A DNA stretch of 64,000 nt from the NCBI GenBank assembly GCA_002189035.1, contig NEEC01000002.1, positions 372,001 through 436,000 on the forward strand, written 5' to 3'. The DNA is from Utricularia gibba. Lineage: Eukaryota > Plantae > Magnoliophyta. Shown in pieces: positions 25,435 through 38,475 of this stretch (position 1 is its first letter; each line of letters starts with the position of its first letter). The position numbers and the translations under genes are program-made. The notes below the pieces were generated by a model, which was not told where the DNA came from, made no database searches, and saw only the letters and a list, made by a program, of their open reading frames with translations.

Positions 25435-28400
25435 ATGGCGACGGATCTGCTGCACTCGCCGCTACCCAAGTCGGCGACTGATTTATTCGGCGACCCTGTA
25501 GAGGATTCTCGTCCTTTGTGGCTTACCCCGTCCAAATTCTCCGACCCCGAATTCGATCCGGAGTCTTACATCTCGGATCTTCGTACATTTGTTCCCTTTG
25601 ATACTCTCCGATTGGAGCTCCAAACCCATCTAGGTTCTCTCAAGCATGAACTTGTTGAGCTCATCAATCGTGATTACGCCGATTTTGTTAGCCTCAGCAC
25701 CAAACTCGTGGATGTTGACTCTGCCGTTGTGCGGATGCGTGCTCCTCTTCTCGAGATCAAGGAGAAAATTTTGGCATTCCGTGAGTCGGTTGATAGTTCC
25801 TTGGCTGTTATGCAGAGTCGGCTGAAGCAGCGGTCTCAAGCTAGTGGGGCGAGGGAGCTTTTGGAATTGCTCTTAGATACGTTCCATGTAGTTTCAAAGG
25901 TGATGCCTGCAGTAAAACTTCTTTTACGGTGTTTTCGTTGTTTTGTGTATTTTACAGTATCCGTATTCATACTTTTCTACTTCAGATTGAGAAATTGATA
26001 AAGGAGCTTCCCAGTGTTCCATCTGATTGGTCCGCTGGACCCATTAAATCTGCTGAGAAGGATCAGTTAAGCAATGGAATATTTCATGCAGACAATGGAA
26101 CTAATATGAGGGAGACACAAAGCATGCTTTTGGAGCGAATTGCTAGTGAAATGAATCGCTTAAAGTTCTATGTTGCTCATTCAAAGGTCTATTTTTTTCT
26201 TCTGATGTTTAATCTTCTGCATGATTTGAGGTAGTATTTCTGGTTTTTAAGATAAACTTTACATTGGATCTTAAGACTGGAATGTATTGAATGCATAAAT
26301 ACTGTACTTCTGGTTTTTTCTTGTTTGGAATGATGATAGGAGACAGTAGACTAAGTGCCCGTTTTGAATCATGTATATGCAGATTGAAATCTAGATAAAT
26401 CTTTCTTTGAGTGCTAATCCTGATGTTTTCTCTCAATGGCAGTACAGAATATGCCCTTCATAGATAACTTAGTAAAGAGGATTCAGACTGCCACCTTGTC
26501 GCTTGAGACTAGCTTGAGACACTGTTTTATAGATGGACTCGAGCATAAGGATGCGAATGCAATTTACAACTGTTTGCGAGCATATGCTGCTATTGACCAC
26601 ACTGCAAGTGCTGAAGAGATCTTCGGATCAGCCATTGTTGCTCCATTCATACATAAAATTATTCCAAGTGACTCATCAGAAGCAGATAGTGGATCATCTG
26701 GAGATGACCTTGAACCATATTATGAAAGGATCAAGAGACATGTTGAGGATGATTGTAAATTTCTGCTAGAAATATCTTCTGCAGGTAGGCCTCTTAAATA
26801 TTGAAGCCTAATTTTTGCTAGAATATCTGCTTTTACTTTTTCAGTAATGCACTGCCATTAGAGAATGGTTTTGATGACCTCAAGAGTGTGACATCACAAA
26901 TGCTTGGTTCCTTTTGTTTTTTTATCTGTATTCACTCGTGCCCTGTACCCATTTAATATAGCCATTAAAACCAGGAAAATGCTTGAAAAGTCTAATTCTC
27001 ATTTTGTTTAACTCTGCCCAGAAAATTCAGGCCTACATGTATTTAGATTCCTGGCAAACTCTGTTCTCAAGGAGGTCTTGTCAGCTCTTCAAAAGGGAAA
27101 ACCAGGTGCATTCTCTCCTGGAAAGCCCAAGGAGTTTCTTGTGAACTATAAATCAAGCTTGGCTTTCTTGGAATTCCTTGAAGGTGGTCAAATATTTTCG
27201 TCACTCTCATTGACAATGCCATTTTCTCATGCCTTTATTCTTTATTTTTCAAGGTTATTGTAGATCTATATCAGCTGTCTCAAAATTTCGTGAAGAAGCA
27301 GTGTATATCGAGTTCATGAAGCTGTGGAATACAGGTGTTTACTACTCTTTAAGGTATCCATTAAAAAAAATAAATATTTCACATGCCTCATATGTTGAAC
27401 CCTTCCTTTGAAAATAATCTCATTTTTTCTGTTCATTTTGTATCAGGTTTCAGGAAATAGCTGGGGCTCTGGATTCCTCACTTGCGGCAGGTACAGCAGT
27501 ATTTCCCTCTCAGAGTTCAACCCAGGATCATCCTCAAGACTTGATTTTGAAACAAAGCATCTCTCTGATGGATTGCTTGAAATCGTGTTGGAGGGAGGAT
27601 ATCCTACTCTTTTCCTGCTCGGACAAATTTTTGCGCCTATTCTTGCAGCTTCTTTCAAGGTCAGTTTCCAACTGCTGCCCAAATTTGAAATTCCGTATTG
27701 ATGATGACACTATGAGATGAACGAGCTTGCTAGTGTCATAAAAGCCTGTTTCTTGTATGTAGATACTCGAACTGGGTATCGGCTGGATTAAAGGCAAGGA
27801 AGTCTGGCAGCCCCGCTGCTAACCCTGGATATGAATGGGCGACTTCTGCTGCTCCTGATGACCTCCTCTATGTAAGTATCTGCCTGATGATGTACTCTGT
27901 TCTTTATGGTGTCATCAGTCGGTTTGTGTCGTCTGAGTTATATGCATACAAGGCTATTGAAAGGCTGAACACGCATGTCTATATCAGCTTTGTTAGTGTG
28001 ACGAGTCTTGGATCCAGAGGCGTGAACTGGTTGTTATTTATCTGAGATAACTCATGAACTTCTTCATTTCATATAACTAAACTCTGGATTCTTAGCTTCT
28101 CTCCTTGATGTTCCTTTTTCATGGTGAACCTACACCGAGATTTCAAAGTTCTTTGTTTTACTGTGCAGATAATTCATGACATAAATTTTATTGTGGAGGA
28201 AGTTTATGGCGATTATCTTGCAAAAATAACGGAGCTGCTCAAGACTTGCCCTCCCGATGTGCTTGATCTGGTGAGGAAGAGTATATTACAAGGTGGGGAT
28301 TCTCTGAAAGCCCTTCAGCCGGCGACCCTGAATTCAATCATGGAAACTCTAGTTGAGAAGTCAGTGGAGGTAGGTTCTCAGGATTCCAACTGAGGAATGA

Positions 28401-29220
28401 TGGTATGGAATTTCATTACTTGAAAACTCTGTGTACTCAGTTTCTCTACTCTGTCTGGAATCTCACAGGATTTAAGACAACTGAAGGGGATAACTGCAAC
28501 ATACCGCATGACAAACAAACCTCTTCCTGTTCGACATTCTCCATACGTATCTGGCATACTGCGCCCTTTAAAGGTATATTTCAGAGGATCGAACTGTGTT
28601 TTCATGTAAAGGGCTTGAACCATTCTTATATGCAGACTCTTAGCTAGCAAAACTTGCTGATCCCATAATTGCAGATGTTCCTGGAAGGGGAGCGAGCCAG
28701 AAAGTACCTAAGCAGTGAGCTGAGGGTGGATCTGCTGAAGGGCGCCTCGTTCGAGATCACCCGACGTTACTACGAACTAGCCTCAGACCTCGTTGGAATG
28801 GTATGTAGAAGCTGCCAAGAGACATCATCTGAAAGCCTGTGTGGAATCTGGTAACCTGATGAAATGGTGCTTATGTGCTTACAGGCTAGAAGAACAGAGT
28901 CCTCACTCCAAAAAATACGGTTAGGAGCGCAACGGCGCGGCGGGGCAAGCTCCGAGGTGTCGGACAGCAATGTATCCGAAATCGACAAGATCTGCATGCA
29001 GCTGTTTCTTGATATTCAGGTAACCAACCCAGCCAGTGTATCGATCGTATACTTACTGAGAAGCAAGGTTATGGTGTGGGTGATCTGGATTTGATTGTCA
29101 TTCCAGGAATTCGGCCGCAGCCTCCGGTCGCTCGGAGTTGATGCCGGAGACATCCCTGCGTACGGATCCCTCTGGCAGTGCGTTGCTCCTCCTGATAAAC
29201 AGCACACCATTAGCTTCTGA
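25435..29220 (+). CDS. COG2: Conserved oligomeric Golgi complex subunit 2
   Basis: FDPESYISDLRTFVPFDTLRLELQTHL..LVELINRDYADFVSLSTKLVDVD at the N-terminus; LRQLKGITATYRMTNKPLPVRHSPYVSGILRPL and SEIDKICMQLFLDIQEFGR near the C-terminus; about 11 exons. Confidence 0.93.
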
Positions 29221-29820
29221 GCTCACAGACCCATTACACAACATCCTCCATGATCCACTTCAACTGTCGCTTTAAGCACCTTCTCTCATTAATTTTTTTT
29301 TTTTTGAAGTGAGATAATCAGCATTAAATTTTAATTACAAATATTATTTTTAATTCATGTGCTTTAATATATATGAAGACTTCATCTATAAACATCCTGA
29401 ATTTTAAATAAATCAATATAAATAAAATTTTTTGTTTGATAAAATTAAATAAATGAACATAAACATAAGTGTTCATATTTGTTTTGAATTTTCAATATTA
29501 TTAATAGTTTGAGTAAAATAAAAATAATGAGGTTAAAAAATTACGTTTCAATATTTGAGATACGTGTCTATGTAATAAAATGCACTCGTTTTTTTTTTTT
29601 ATGTTTTTAGGATTTAAAATATAATATTTAAAGAATGCAGCTTTTTCATTGGCTATTACAAGTCTTTCGCTTTCAATATTTGGAGGGCTTTGGGGCCGAC
29701 CACAGCATATCCAGTGCTGTTGGATGGTGCCTTCGCCTTTCTCGGAGGGTATTCTAGTTGTCCAAAAGTCCTCGCTTCGCATCTATTTCTTGTACCCTGC
29801 GCATCGGACCTAGTACTTTA

Positions 29821-31585
29821 ATGGCTTCCGCCGAGAACCCAGGCCGGGAGCTCGACGCTCACTTGGATACTCTCGAGATATTCCTCGGTTTCCTCGGATT
29901 CTGCCACTACACCATTCCTCGCGCAACTCTCGCGTGGATCGTCTTCTCCCTGCTTGCGATTGTTCTCCCCCTTTTCTCGGTGTTGTTCTCCGGTTGCGGC
30001 TCCCGCTGCGACAAGATCGAGATTCGGACCTTTGAGGTCGAAATCATCCTTTCCAGGGCTGTCGTTGCCGCTGTTTCTCTTCTGTGTGTGTCCAGGAATC
30101 TGGGCAAGTACGGGATTCGTAAGGCGCTCTTCGTGGATCGTTCTCACGGTCGTATTGCAGAGTTTCGGAGTCAGTATGTGCAGAAGATCCGAGTACGCAA
30201 CTCATTGTTTATGTTGAATGCTGATTTGCCTTAGAATTTGGGCTACTGGAGTGGTGACTTTCAAGTGGTTCTTTCCAATTTTTCAGGTCTTTTACCGTGT
30301 CCTCTTTACATGGTTTGGGGTATGCTTTATGTTGAAGGCAGCTCGGGAGGTTTCACGTTTGATTTATATGCATCATGGTTCTTGGTGGTTTTCAGTGATC
30401 TTGCTTGTGACATGCCTTTTAGCTTGGTCATATACAACTCTGGTTTTTCTATCTGGGTGCGCGTTATTCCACCTAGTTGGAAATCTTCAAGTAATACACT
30501 TCGAAAACTATGGAAAATTTCTGGAGCAGGATTTGGATGTGTCTGTTTACATTGAGGAGCATATGAATCTAGTGTATGATTTGTCTAAAATCAGCCACAG
30601 GTTCAGGATATTTCTGCTTCTGGAATTCTTATTTGTCACAGCTAGTCAGTTTGTGACATTGTTGCAGACTACAGAGAATGTTGGCATCATTAACATCATA
30701 AATGGTGGTGATTTTGCTGTAAGTTTCCCCCATGCTTTTACTGTAAAAAATAATTCCCATTCGTCGAGCAACCTTGGTAAGATTGCCTAGCATCCATTAG
30801 ACTTTATGGCATGAACGAAGTAAATTATTGGATCAGTGTAAGATATATTTACATGAATACATGATGGATAGTTCCCAGACTAGGAATGTTGTGAACCTAT
30901 TAAAATGCGCCTGCACCAAAACCACACCGTCTTATCATTGTGATTGAATGAAAAAAATAAAAGAGCTAATGACCTTTGCACTGGCTGTATCCAGGTTCTC
31001 TCTGTTGTTCAACTGGTTGGAATTGTGCTGTGTCTGAATGCAGCTTCAAGGATATCACATAGAGCTCAAAGTATTGGTTCTGTTGCCAGCAGATGGCATG
31101 CACTAGTTACTTGCACGTCTAATGATGGTTCTGTTTCTGGTGCACTGGACAATAGCGGTGATAGTGAATTCCGTCTGCCTCAGGCTTCCTTACCAGTAAA
31201 TTATTCCGAAAGTGATCTGGAATCTAGTGATTACATGCCATTGCCATCAAGTACACAGCTTTCCTCTTCAACCTCGTCCTACCACAAGAGACAAGCATTT
31301 GGTAAGGCTGTCACAACAAGTCCATGCGCTAAATATTAGTTTCCCCTGGTGTTGCAAATCCTAGGTAGAAGGGCAACAACAGGCTATTTCTCTGTGCCTT
31401 TTTTTTCATCTGGGCTTATCCTTTTTCTTTATTGGTGTGCAGTCACATATGTGCAGTCCAACACCGGTGGATTCACTATATTTGGATGGGTAGTCGATCG
31501 GATCCTTGTTAATACGATCTTCTTCATCGAGTTGTCGCTGGTTTTCTTTGTTCTTGGGAAGACCATAACAGTTGATGTCAGGTAG
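29821..31585 (+). CDS. DUF3537 family multi-pass membrane protein
   Basis: Four exons: VSRNLGKYGIRKALFVD, LFHLVGNLQVIHFENYGK..EEHM..LSKISHRFRIFL, LNAASRISHRAQSIGSVASRWHALVTC and VTYVQSNTGGFTIFGWVVDRILVNTIFFIELSLV. Confidence 0.88.
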
Positions 31586-31865
31586 AAGCTCAGAAAACGG
31601 TTGAAGTCTATGCGGGCGCCTTTATTGTTTGCTTGACCCCAGCATTTTTTTTGATTGGGTATCATCATCAAACATATGTATTCCTGCCTGACAGAATGAT
31701 TCTTGCTGTTATCTCATCAATGCTCAGCAAAAACTATTAGGAATTTGAAGACATTGATGTTGCATTCTGAGAGAATTTTCTGTTCATGTACGTGCACAAA
31801 ATTTCCTTGTTGGTCAGAGCACAATCCCGAATTGAACTTGGTAAAACATGGTGCTAGAAGATAGT

Positions 31866-33474
31866 CTACCTCTCCTGTTGACCAAAGTAACGCCCTGAGA
31901 TTGCAGCAAGGATATTCAGAACCACCACCTCCTCATCCACTTCTGATTTCGAGGCTCGCAGGGCTGCACACTTGCGAAGCAGTGATCGAATTGCAGCAGC
32001 AGCGTCAGCATCTAAGGGGGCGTCCACAGTCGCACAAAGAGAAAACAACCAAAACCCCTCATCATGCGATATATGGCTCACATTCTGTATGTAACCTATG
32101 CGCCTTTTCAGCATCGCCACTCGTGCAGTCGGGCTCATTTTCAGTAGCCTGGAGAGTGTTGGAGAAGCGTTGTCTGTGTTACTGCAACTTCTAGGAGAAT
32201 GCAGAGGACCAACTTCTATCTCAGACTGGGAAAAATCATCATCTCCAGCATTTGATCTTGTGTCTTCAGTCTCTTCAGGCATATCAACCAGAATACCATC
32301 TCTGGTATGCACTTCCAATAGACTTTTACAGGAAGCATCCTCAAGATCAAGTCCTCCAATGGCCTGAAAGTATACAATTCCGTACTATCGGGGCGAGTTT
32401 CAGCTGCAAAAGCAAACAATCCACAGCCTAAGAACAACATTACCTCCCTCAATTTAGAGAAATCTGCAAGAAAACTGTCCTCCCACTCTTTGAGTGGCAA
32501 AAGGTTCTCGGGACACTTCATGATCTCTGTGATTTGAGGCATATAGAGACTCTGTTCTTTGGCTTTTTTAACTTCCTGCGCCTTGGTGACCTTAGGAAAC
32601 CTAGCAGCTTCCCACCTACAAACAAAGAGGGTATTTTGTGCATAAAAACTCATTAAATACTACTGTGGATACAAACCTTCACAAGTAGCTTAAAAGATGC
32701 AATATCGTATCAAAATAAGCGAAAATTGGTGGGACAAAATGACGAAAATTGGCCGGAATTGAGAACAAACACAATGAACATTGTGAAAGCTGAAAAGGCT
32801 CCCAATGGATGGATTTGTGGTTGGATACAATACCTCACACGCCTAAGATATTCCATTCCATCTTGAGGAGGACCGGATTCAAAATCAGGTTCACCAGCGA
32901 CAAAAAATGCAGGCTTTAACAGACTAGAGTAATCTTCATCGGTTTCTTCATCTTCATAGTATTCTTCTTCAACATAAAAGGATGAGATTTCGTCGTTGAC
33001 ACCAGATACTGAGGCATCCCCTGTTATATGAGGACACCAAGCACGAGCACATGATTTTTCAAGGTTGGTTCATAAACCCAGTAGAGTATGAAATCTTGTA
33101 AAAAGTGCAAAACTAACATTGAGACAACACTGGTGCAAGAACATGCCTGGGCTGGCGGAATCCTGAAACTGTGTACGAGGATCAAAGTTGAAACTCGATA
33201 TTCCATCCTTGTGATGGTGTCTATCTGATTTCGTGAGTCCATTGTATTCTTCAAGCACAATAGGTTCGAGACCGCAGTAAACCTCAACCCACTTTTTCTT
33301 TTGTCCTTCAACATCCACCAATCTAAGATCCACCATCTCCTTCCGAGAATACTGGACCACATTTTTCTTGATAACTGTACAGTTTTGAGAGTGCAACATT
33401 TCCCTTTTAATTGCAGCTCTTTTTCTCCTACTAAGAGGCTTCTCCCCTGGCATTTTATCTTCATGCGGATCCAT
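31866..33474 (-). CDS. GEMIN2: Gem-associated protein 2 (Gemin2/SIP1, SMN complex)
   Basis: Four exons: YSRKEMVDLRLVDVEGQKKKWVEVYCGL; DEDYSSLLKPAFFVAGEPDFESGPPQDGMEYLRRVR; WEAARFPKV..WEDSFLADFSKLRE; WLFSLCATVDAPLDADAAAAIRSLLRKCA..LNILAAISGRYFGQ. The first intron is GC-AG and the start codon is uncertain. Confidence 0.88.
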
Positions 33475-33484
33475 TTGATTTTTC

Positions 33485-34127
33485 GGAGTCAACAACAGAC
33501 TCTTGAGAATGGTATTTACTTTGCCTAGTGACTTGTTTCACTGCTGAACCATTTTGGACGGAGCATCTGCTTCTCTTGGGACAGTCTAGGTGTTTCAGGA
33601 GAGAAAACAGAACCGAAGATTGTAATAACATATGAAGATCACCTTACAAATGAAGACTCTGTGTAGCAGCAGCTTTCGTTGTTTCAACATATGAAGATCA
33701 CCTTACAAAATCAAAACATCTGATTTTGCATCAAGAATTCCATGACGTTGATACCACATACCATAAATCTTTCAAGTGAGATGGGGCATTCTTACAATTT
33801 AAATAGGATTCAAAAAATTTGAAGATCAAAAGATTTGCAACAGGCACGTTAGATGCGTGCAACATACCCGTGATTAAGCCAGCCAACTAGCGAGCCCAAA
33901 AAAATGTGGAAAAAGCCCCATTTCAAGACAGTAAAGAAATACATTCATGAAGTATACAAATCCCACAAAAATGAGGAGAAGAAGTGAAATGAACTATAAC
34001 AAAAAAAGATCAATTCTTGAAATAACCAGCAAAGCTCGACGCAATCAGGAACGCAAAGAATATGAACTAGCTCCATACGAAAGTAAAGAATAGGCGCCAA
34101 TTCACAAAAAAAAAAAAAAAAAAAAAA
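33485..34127. repeat. Dispersed duplication, copy B: decayed PPR 5' fragment in the Gemin2 leader, ending in A22
   Basis: Collinear with 17251-17891. The PPR ATG is changed to ACG (33677-33679), there is an internal 24-bp direct repeat, and a poly(A) run occupies 34106-34127. Confidence 0.88.
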
Positions 34128-34765
34128 TCAAACAGTTTCCAGTGTTAGATTATGGTAAAAGATGGTGTTTTCCGCGGAAACAGCTTCTTGAGCCCAAAAT
34201 CTCCAAAAAAACACCACGTAAGCCAGTAAGCATAATCATTATTACCCTTCGGAAACTTGAACAGCTGCCCCTCCTCCAAGAAACTCCGCCACCAGTCTTC
34301 CTCTCCAAGGACATCAACGAAGGGCTTTTCGGAGGGGAGACGCTCCACTGTAAATACAAAATTCACAGCGTGTAGGAATGCATGGCGTTTTGGGCCACTC
34401 TTATTGGGCCGGACGCCAACGAAAGAATTAACAATAATTAATGATATCATTAGAAAATTTTAATAAATTAAATAAAAAATGTGCCAAAAATTATAAATAT
34501 GCGCCGCAATCCATTTAACGGTTACCGTGTTTGGAAGGTGCTACGGGAGCCACGAACGGACGCCGGTCGTGGTCCGGCGAGTCCCCTTTCTGCGCAGAAG
34601 AAAATAACAAGGCTTCCGTTTCGGTGACAACCTTCGTAATTTCTGCTGCTTCTTTTGCGATTTCTTGAAGCTTTGATCGAGCATGGGATGCTAGAGATTG
34701 AGAGAAAGAGGGAGCCTTTCTGGGAGTTTCTTCACCTGGGTTTCAGATTTTCACTTGCGCTTGTC

Positions 34766-36021
34766 ATGGGACTGGAGACTTCTGCTGCTTTTCAGGCTTC
34801 ATTGACAACCTTTGAATGGCCTTCTCTGTCCGGGAATCGACGGCATGATGTCATGGTTGGATCGAGATTTTTGTTGGGTGCATGCGTGGTTCAGGTAATC
34901 ATGTGTTTGTTTCTTTAGTTGGAGAAGGAATTGGGGGGTGGGCTCTGAAAAATTGGGGTTAATGAAACAAGAGAAGCTTCTTTAATTTAAGATTTTAATA
35001 TCATGAGAACAGTCAGTTTCTCAGTGGACATGTTCTGATGTCTTTTGTGTTACAAGTAGATTCTTCACTGGGATGCCTGGAGTGTTTTAAGCGCTTTCTT
35101 TTCTTACTAATTTAGGTTGATGATCATATGGATTTGCTGTATCTGTTTTCTGGTCAAGATATCTGCTTTCTTGTGAATTAATGTGTGCTTGCTCGTTCTT
35201 TGTACTGCAAATTTTCACCACCCCACGTGCAGTTTGGAGCCAAAAAATGACGTATGTTCAAGGAGGAAGCGGATTATAACAAAGGCTTCAGTGCAATTCT
35301 TATTGGACATTCTTTTTCCGGGATTCTACTTTTTGAGAGGTTGATTTTTCAGCTACACACGAACAATTTAGGAATGGATTCTAGACGCCAATTTTTGTTT
35401 TTTTTTTCATTTTCTGGAGCAGCCTTACCCTGTAAATTGGAGAGCCGAATGTGTTTTATGCTGAAAGTTGAATTTTTATGTCTCCAGTACAGGAGAATTG
35501 CAGAGGTCAACGAAAATGAGAAAAGGAAAACATTGGAAGAAATATTGTATGTTTTAGTGGTGCAGAGATTCATGGATACAGGCGTACCCTTGATTAGCTC
35601 AATTACTCCATCCCCGAATGCTACAGGCTTACTCGAATACCTGGAGAGGTAAAGGTGTTACAGTTGAGAAACTCCATTTTCCAGAAGCTTTTGAGATGAT
35701 TGAAAATCACCTGACTCTCATCCCTGGAAATCCAATGGGTGTGTGTGATGCAATTGCTCAGATCAGCAAACTGAGGGTTGGGCAGGTATATGTGGCATCA
35801 ATAATGTATGTATGATACCTAGAGGGTACTTGGTGGTGATGAGTCCTTCAGATACGTTCAACCCCATCCAGAAATGGCTGGTGTCATGGGAACTGGAGTT
35901 TTGCTGGGGATGAAACAATCACAGGCTTAAGAGGCTTGTTCTGGAGGCTGTGGCTTCCGGTTCTTTTCTTGGGGATGCTGAGAGCTATGCGAATTCAAGG
36001 TACCATTTCGTGCTGAACTGA
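34766..36021 (+). pseudogene. DUF760 / UV-B-induced At3g17800-like pseudogene
   Basis: Recognisable blocks: YRRIAEVNENEKRKTLEEILYVLVVQRFMD, LHFPEAFEMIENHL..QISKLRVGQVYVASIMY and KRLVLEAVASGSFLGDAESYANSRYHFVLN*. They are separated by frameshifts (~35636, ~35925), a stop at 35813-35815 and internal deletions. The 5' boundary is uncertain. Confidence 0.8.
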
Positions 36022-36354
36022 TCCCCATTGCGCTTCTTGTTTTGCATATCATGAAGTGGTATCACAAGTCAACTGTAAACTATTGTGCTTATTTTTCAAA
36101 TGAATTAAATTAACTGCATGGATATGTTGACTGCACTTTCGTTTTCCTTTTATACTTTTGAAATTACCCAATGAAACTCTGAGTCCTTGCTTGTATGGTA
36201 AACGAACTTAAATGTGTCCATCACCTTGGGTTTCCTCCAAAATGGATATTCTTGTTCTTTTGGTTTATGCTTGTCTTTCTTCCAACAATAAAACTTCCTC
36301 CTCTCTCTCCTCACACATCATCTCCTTTTCTTCACAGAAAGGTAAACCGGAGGC

Positions 36355-37889
36355 ATGGCTTTCAACTTCAACCTCCTCTCTCTAGCCACCATCACCCTCC
36401 TCATCAGCAGCTTCCATGTCTCCGCTGAGCTCCAAAGATTCCAGTTCCCCATCCATGATGGTGAAACTCTCCGGTTCTTCGTCATTGGAGATTGGGGAAG
36501 GAACGGCCAGGAAAACCAAACCTTAGTTGCTGATCAGGTACTCTGGCTTTCATCCGGTTGAAGAAGAGTAAAAAGCTACCGCCCCCACAACCTAATGGCA
36601 CCATACTTTTCAGATGGGAATAATCGCAGAGAGCTTCCCTGTTGATTTCATAATATCTACAGGGGATAATTTCTACGAAAACGGGCTCACTGGTGTGGAT
36701 GATCCAAGGTTCTTACAATCCTTCTCAACCATTTACACGGCCAACAGCCTGCAGAAACCATGGTTTGTTGGTAAAACAATGGGATCCATATTCATTCAAT
36801 GATTTATTCCTTCCTAAACTTGCTAAATTAACTCAAATTTGCAATCTTGCCTCCGCCTATGCATGCAGTTCTGGGCAACCACGACTATAGAGGTGATGTA
36901 CTGGCGCAGCTGAATCAGACGCTCGCAGCAATCGACCCAAGATGGAATTGCTTCAGGTCCTTCATCGTCTGTGCAGGTTATTTTATTCATTCCCCTACTG
37001 GTTTATGATAACTTAAAGATTCTTTCCCGGTTGTCGCCAATATCATTGATTAATACATTGGAAAATGACGTTTTTGTTGTCCTAATTCCTGATATCTAAA
37101 GCTCTGAGTGGCAGGGGCTACCGAGCTTTTCTTCATCGACACAACCCCTTTTGTGACGCAATACATAGTGAGCCCCAAGGGCAGCCATTACGACTGGCGC
37201 GGTATCACTCCCTTAGATGAGTACACCGCTGATCTGTTGACGGTAATATGGTGACCGGATCCCGGTCTCGGTGTTTTTGGTTGGTTGGTGCATAGATCAA
37301 GCTCTGAACTTGGGTAATGGAAACAGGATCTGGAATCTGCACTAGAGGAATCAACAGCGAATTGGAAGTTCGTGGTTGGCCATCACCCAATCAGAAGCGT
37401 TGGCGAGCACGGCGACACACAAGAGCTTGTCGATCGCCTTCTTCCTCTACTCCGGGTACTGCCCGTCGCATCCCCTGTAGTGGGCATACACACATACGAT
37501 ACTGAATCACATTCTGGTAGCTCCCCATTCCATTCCATGCAGGCTAACGACGTGGACCTCTTCGTCAATGGCCATGATCACAATCTTCAGCGCATCGGCG
37601 ACACCGCAAGGTACTCACATATCATCACTCTCAGGCTCCCCAAGTGCCGATCCGCATCCCATATCAGTCGTATATTCTCCGGTGCAGCCAGCTGGAGTTC
37701 GTGACCAGTGGAGGGGGCTCTCAGGCGTGGAGAGGAGGGATCAGGGAGGCCGACCCCGCCGTCGAAGTCCTGGATTTCCTGTACGATGGGCAGGGGTTCC
37801 TGTCTGCCGAGCTGACCTCAACCAATGCTGAGTTTGCGTTCTACGACGTCCAGGGGAAGATCCTGCACGCCTGGAACAAGTCCCGGTGA
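36355..37889 (+). CDS. Secreted low-molecular-weight purple acid phosphatase (PAP3/8/17 type)
   Basis: Signal peptide and 7 exons with all metal-binding motifs in frame: GDWG, GDNFY, GNHD, VGHH and GHDH. Confidence 0.93.
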
Positions 37890-38475
37890 AGCAGCGGCGC
37901 CGACACTTCAGGCGTGGCTGCTCTAGAGCTTCGCGAACTGGATGCTTGTAATAACATATCCAGTGTAATAAAATCAACTACCAAAAATAAATCCGCTGAG
38001 TTTTTTACTTCTAATTATATTAATCAAAATAACAAATATTTTATTTATTTTAATTGTATTCTTTAAGTAACATTTGATTGATTGGTAAAATTGAATAAAA
38101 GGGGTGATTTATTATGTTTATTTTAAATGCATTTAATCCCACCAAAACACTTAATTAATTTAAGTAATCTTGATGCCGGATGGTAATAATAAGATTATTT
38201 ATTGGGGAAAATAAAAATATATATATATTTGTTATGGATTTATTTATTTTGTATTATTTTATGGTCCAGGATTCATGAAACGGTTTCCAAATAAGGGCGT
38301 AAAAGAAAAATGGGGAGGAAAAAGAAGGTGAGAGCTGGTGCTGAGCTGAGATTCCACCTCCCTGTCCGTCTTCAATCGATTTCGTGTTCCGGCATGGCGG
38401 TGTCAGTAGCAGCTCCGTAGCCTTTTCTCTTGAGTCTTCGCATGCAAAGTACCATCGTATCCTCGATTATCGAAC

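Noticed and set aside
34145-34450. 101-aa minus-strand ORF upstream of the duplicated segment
   Set aside because: Not recognisable; it overlaps the site II promoter and a GAAGG|GTAATA donor, so it is better explained as the Gemin2 5' UTR exon.
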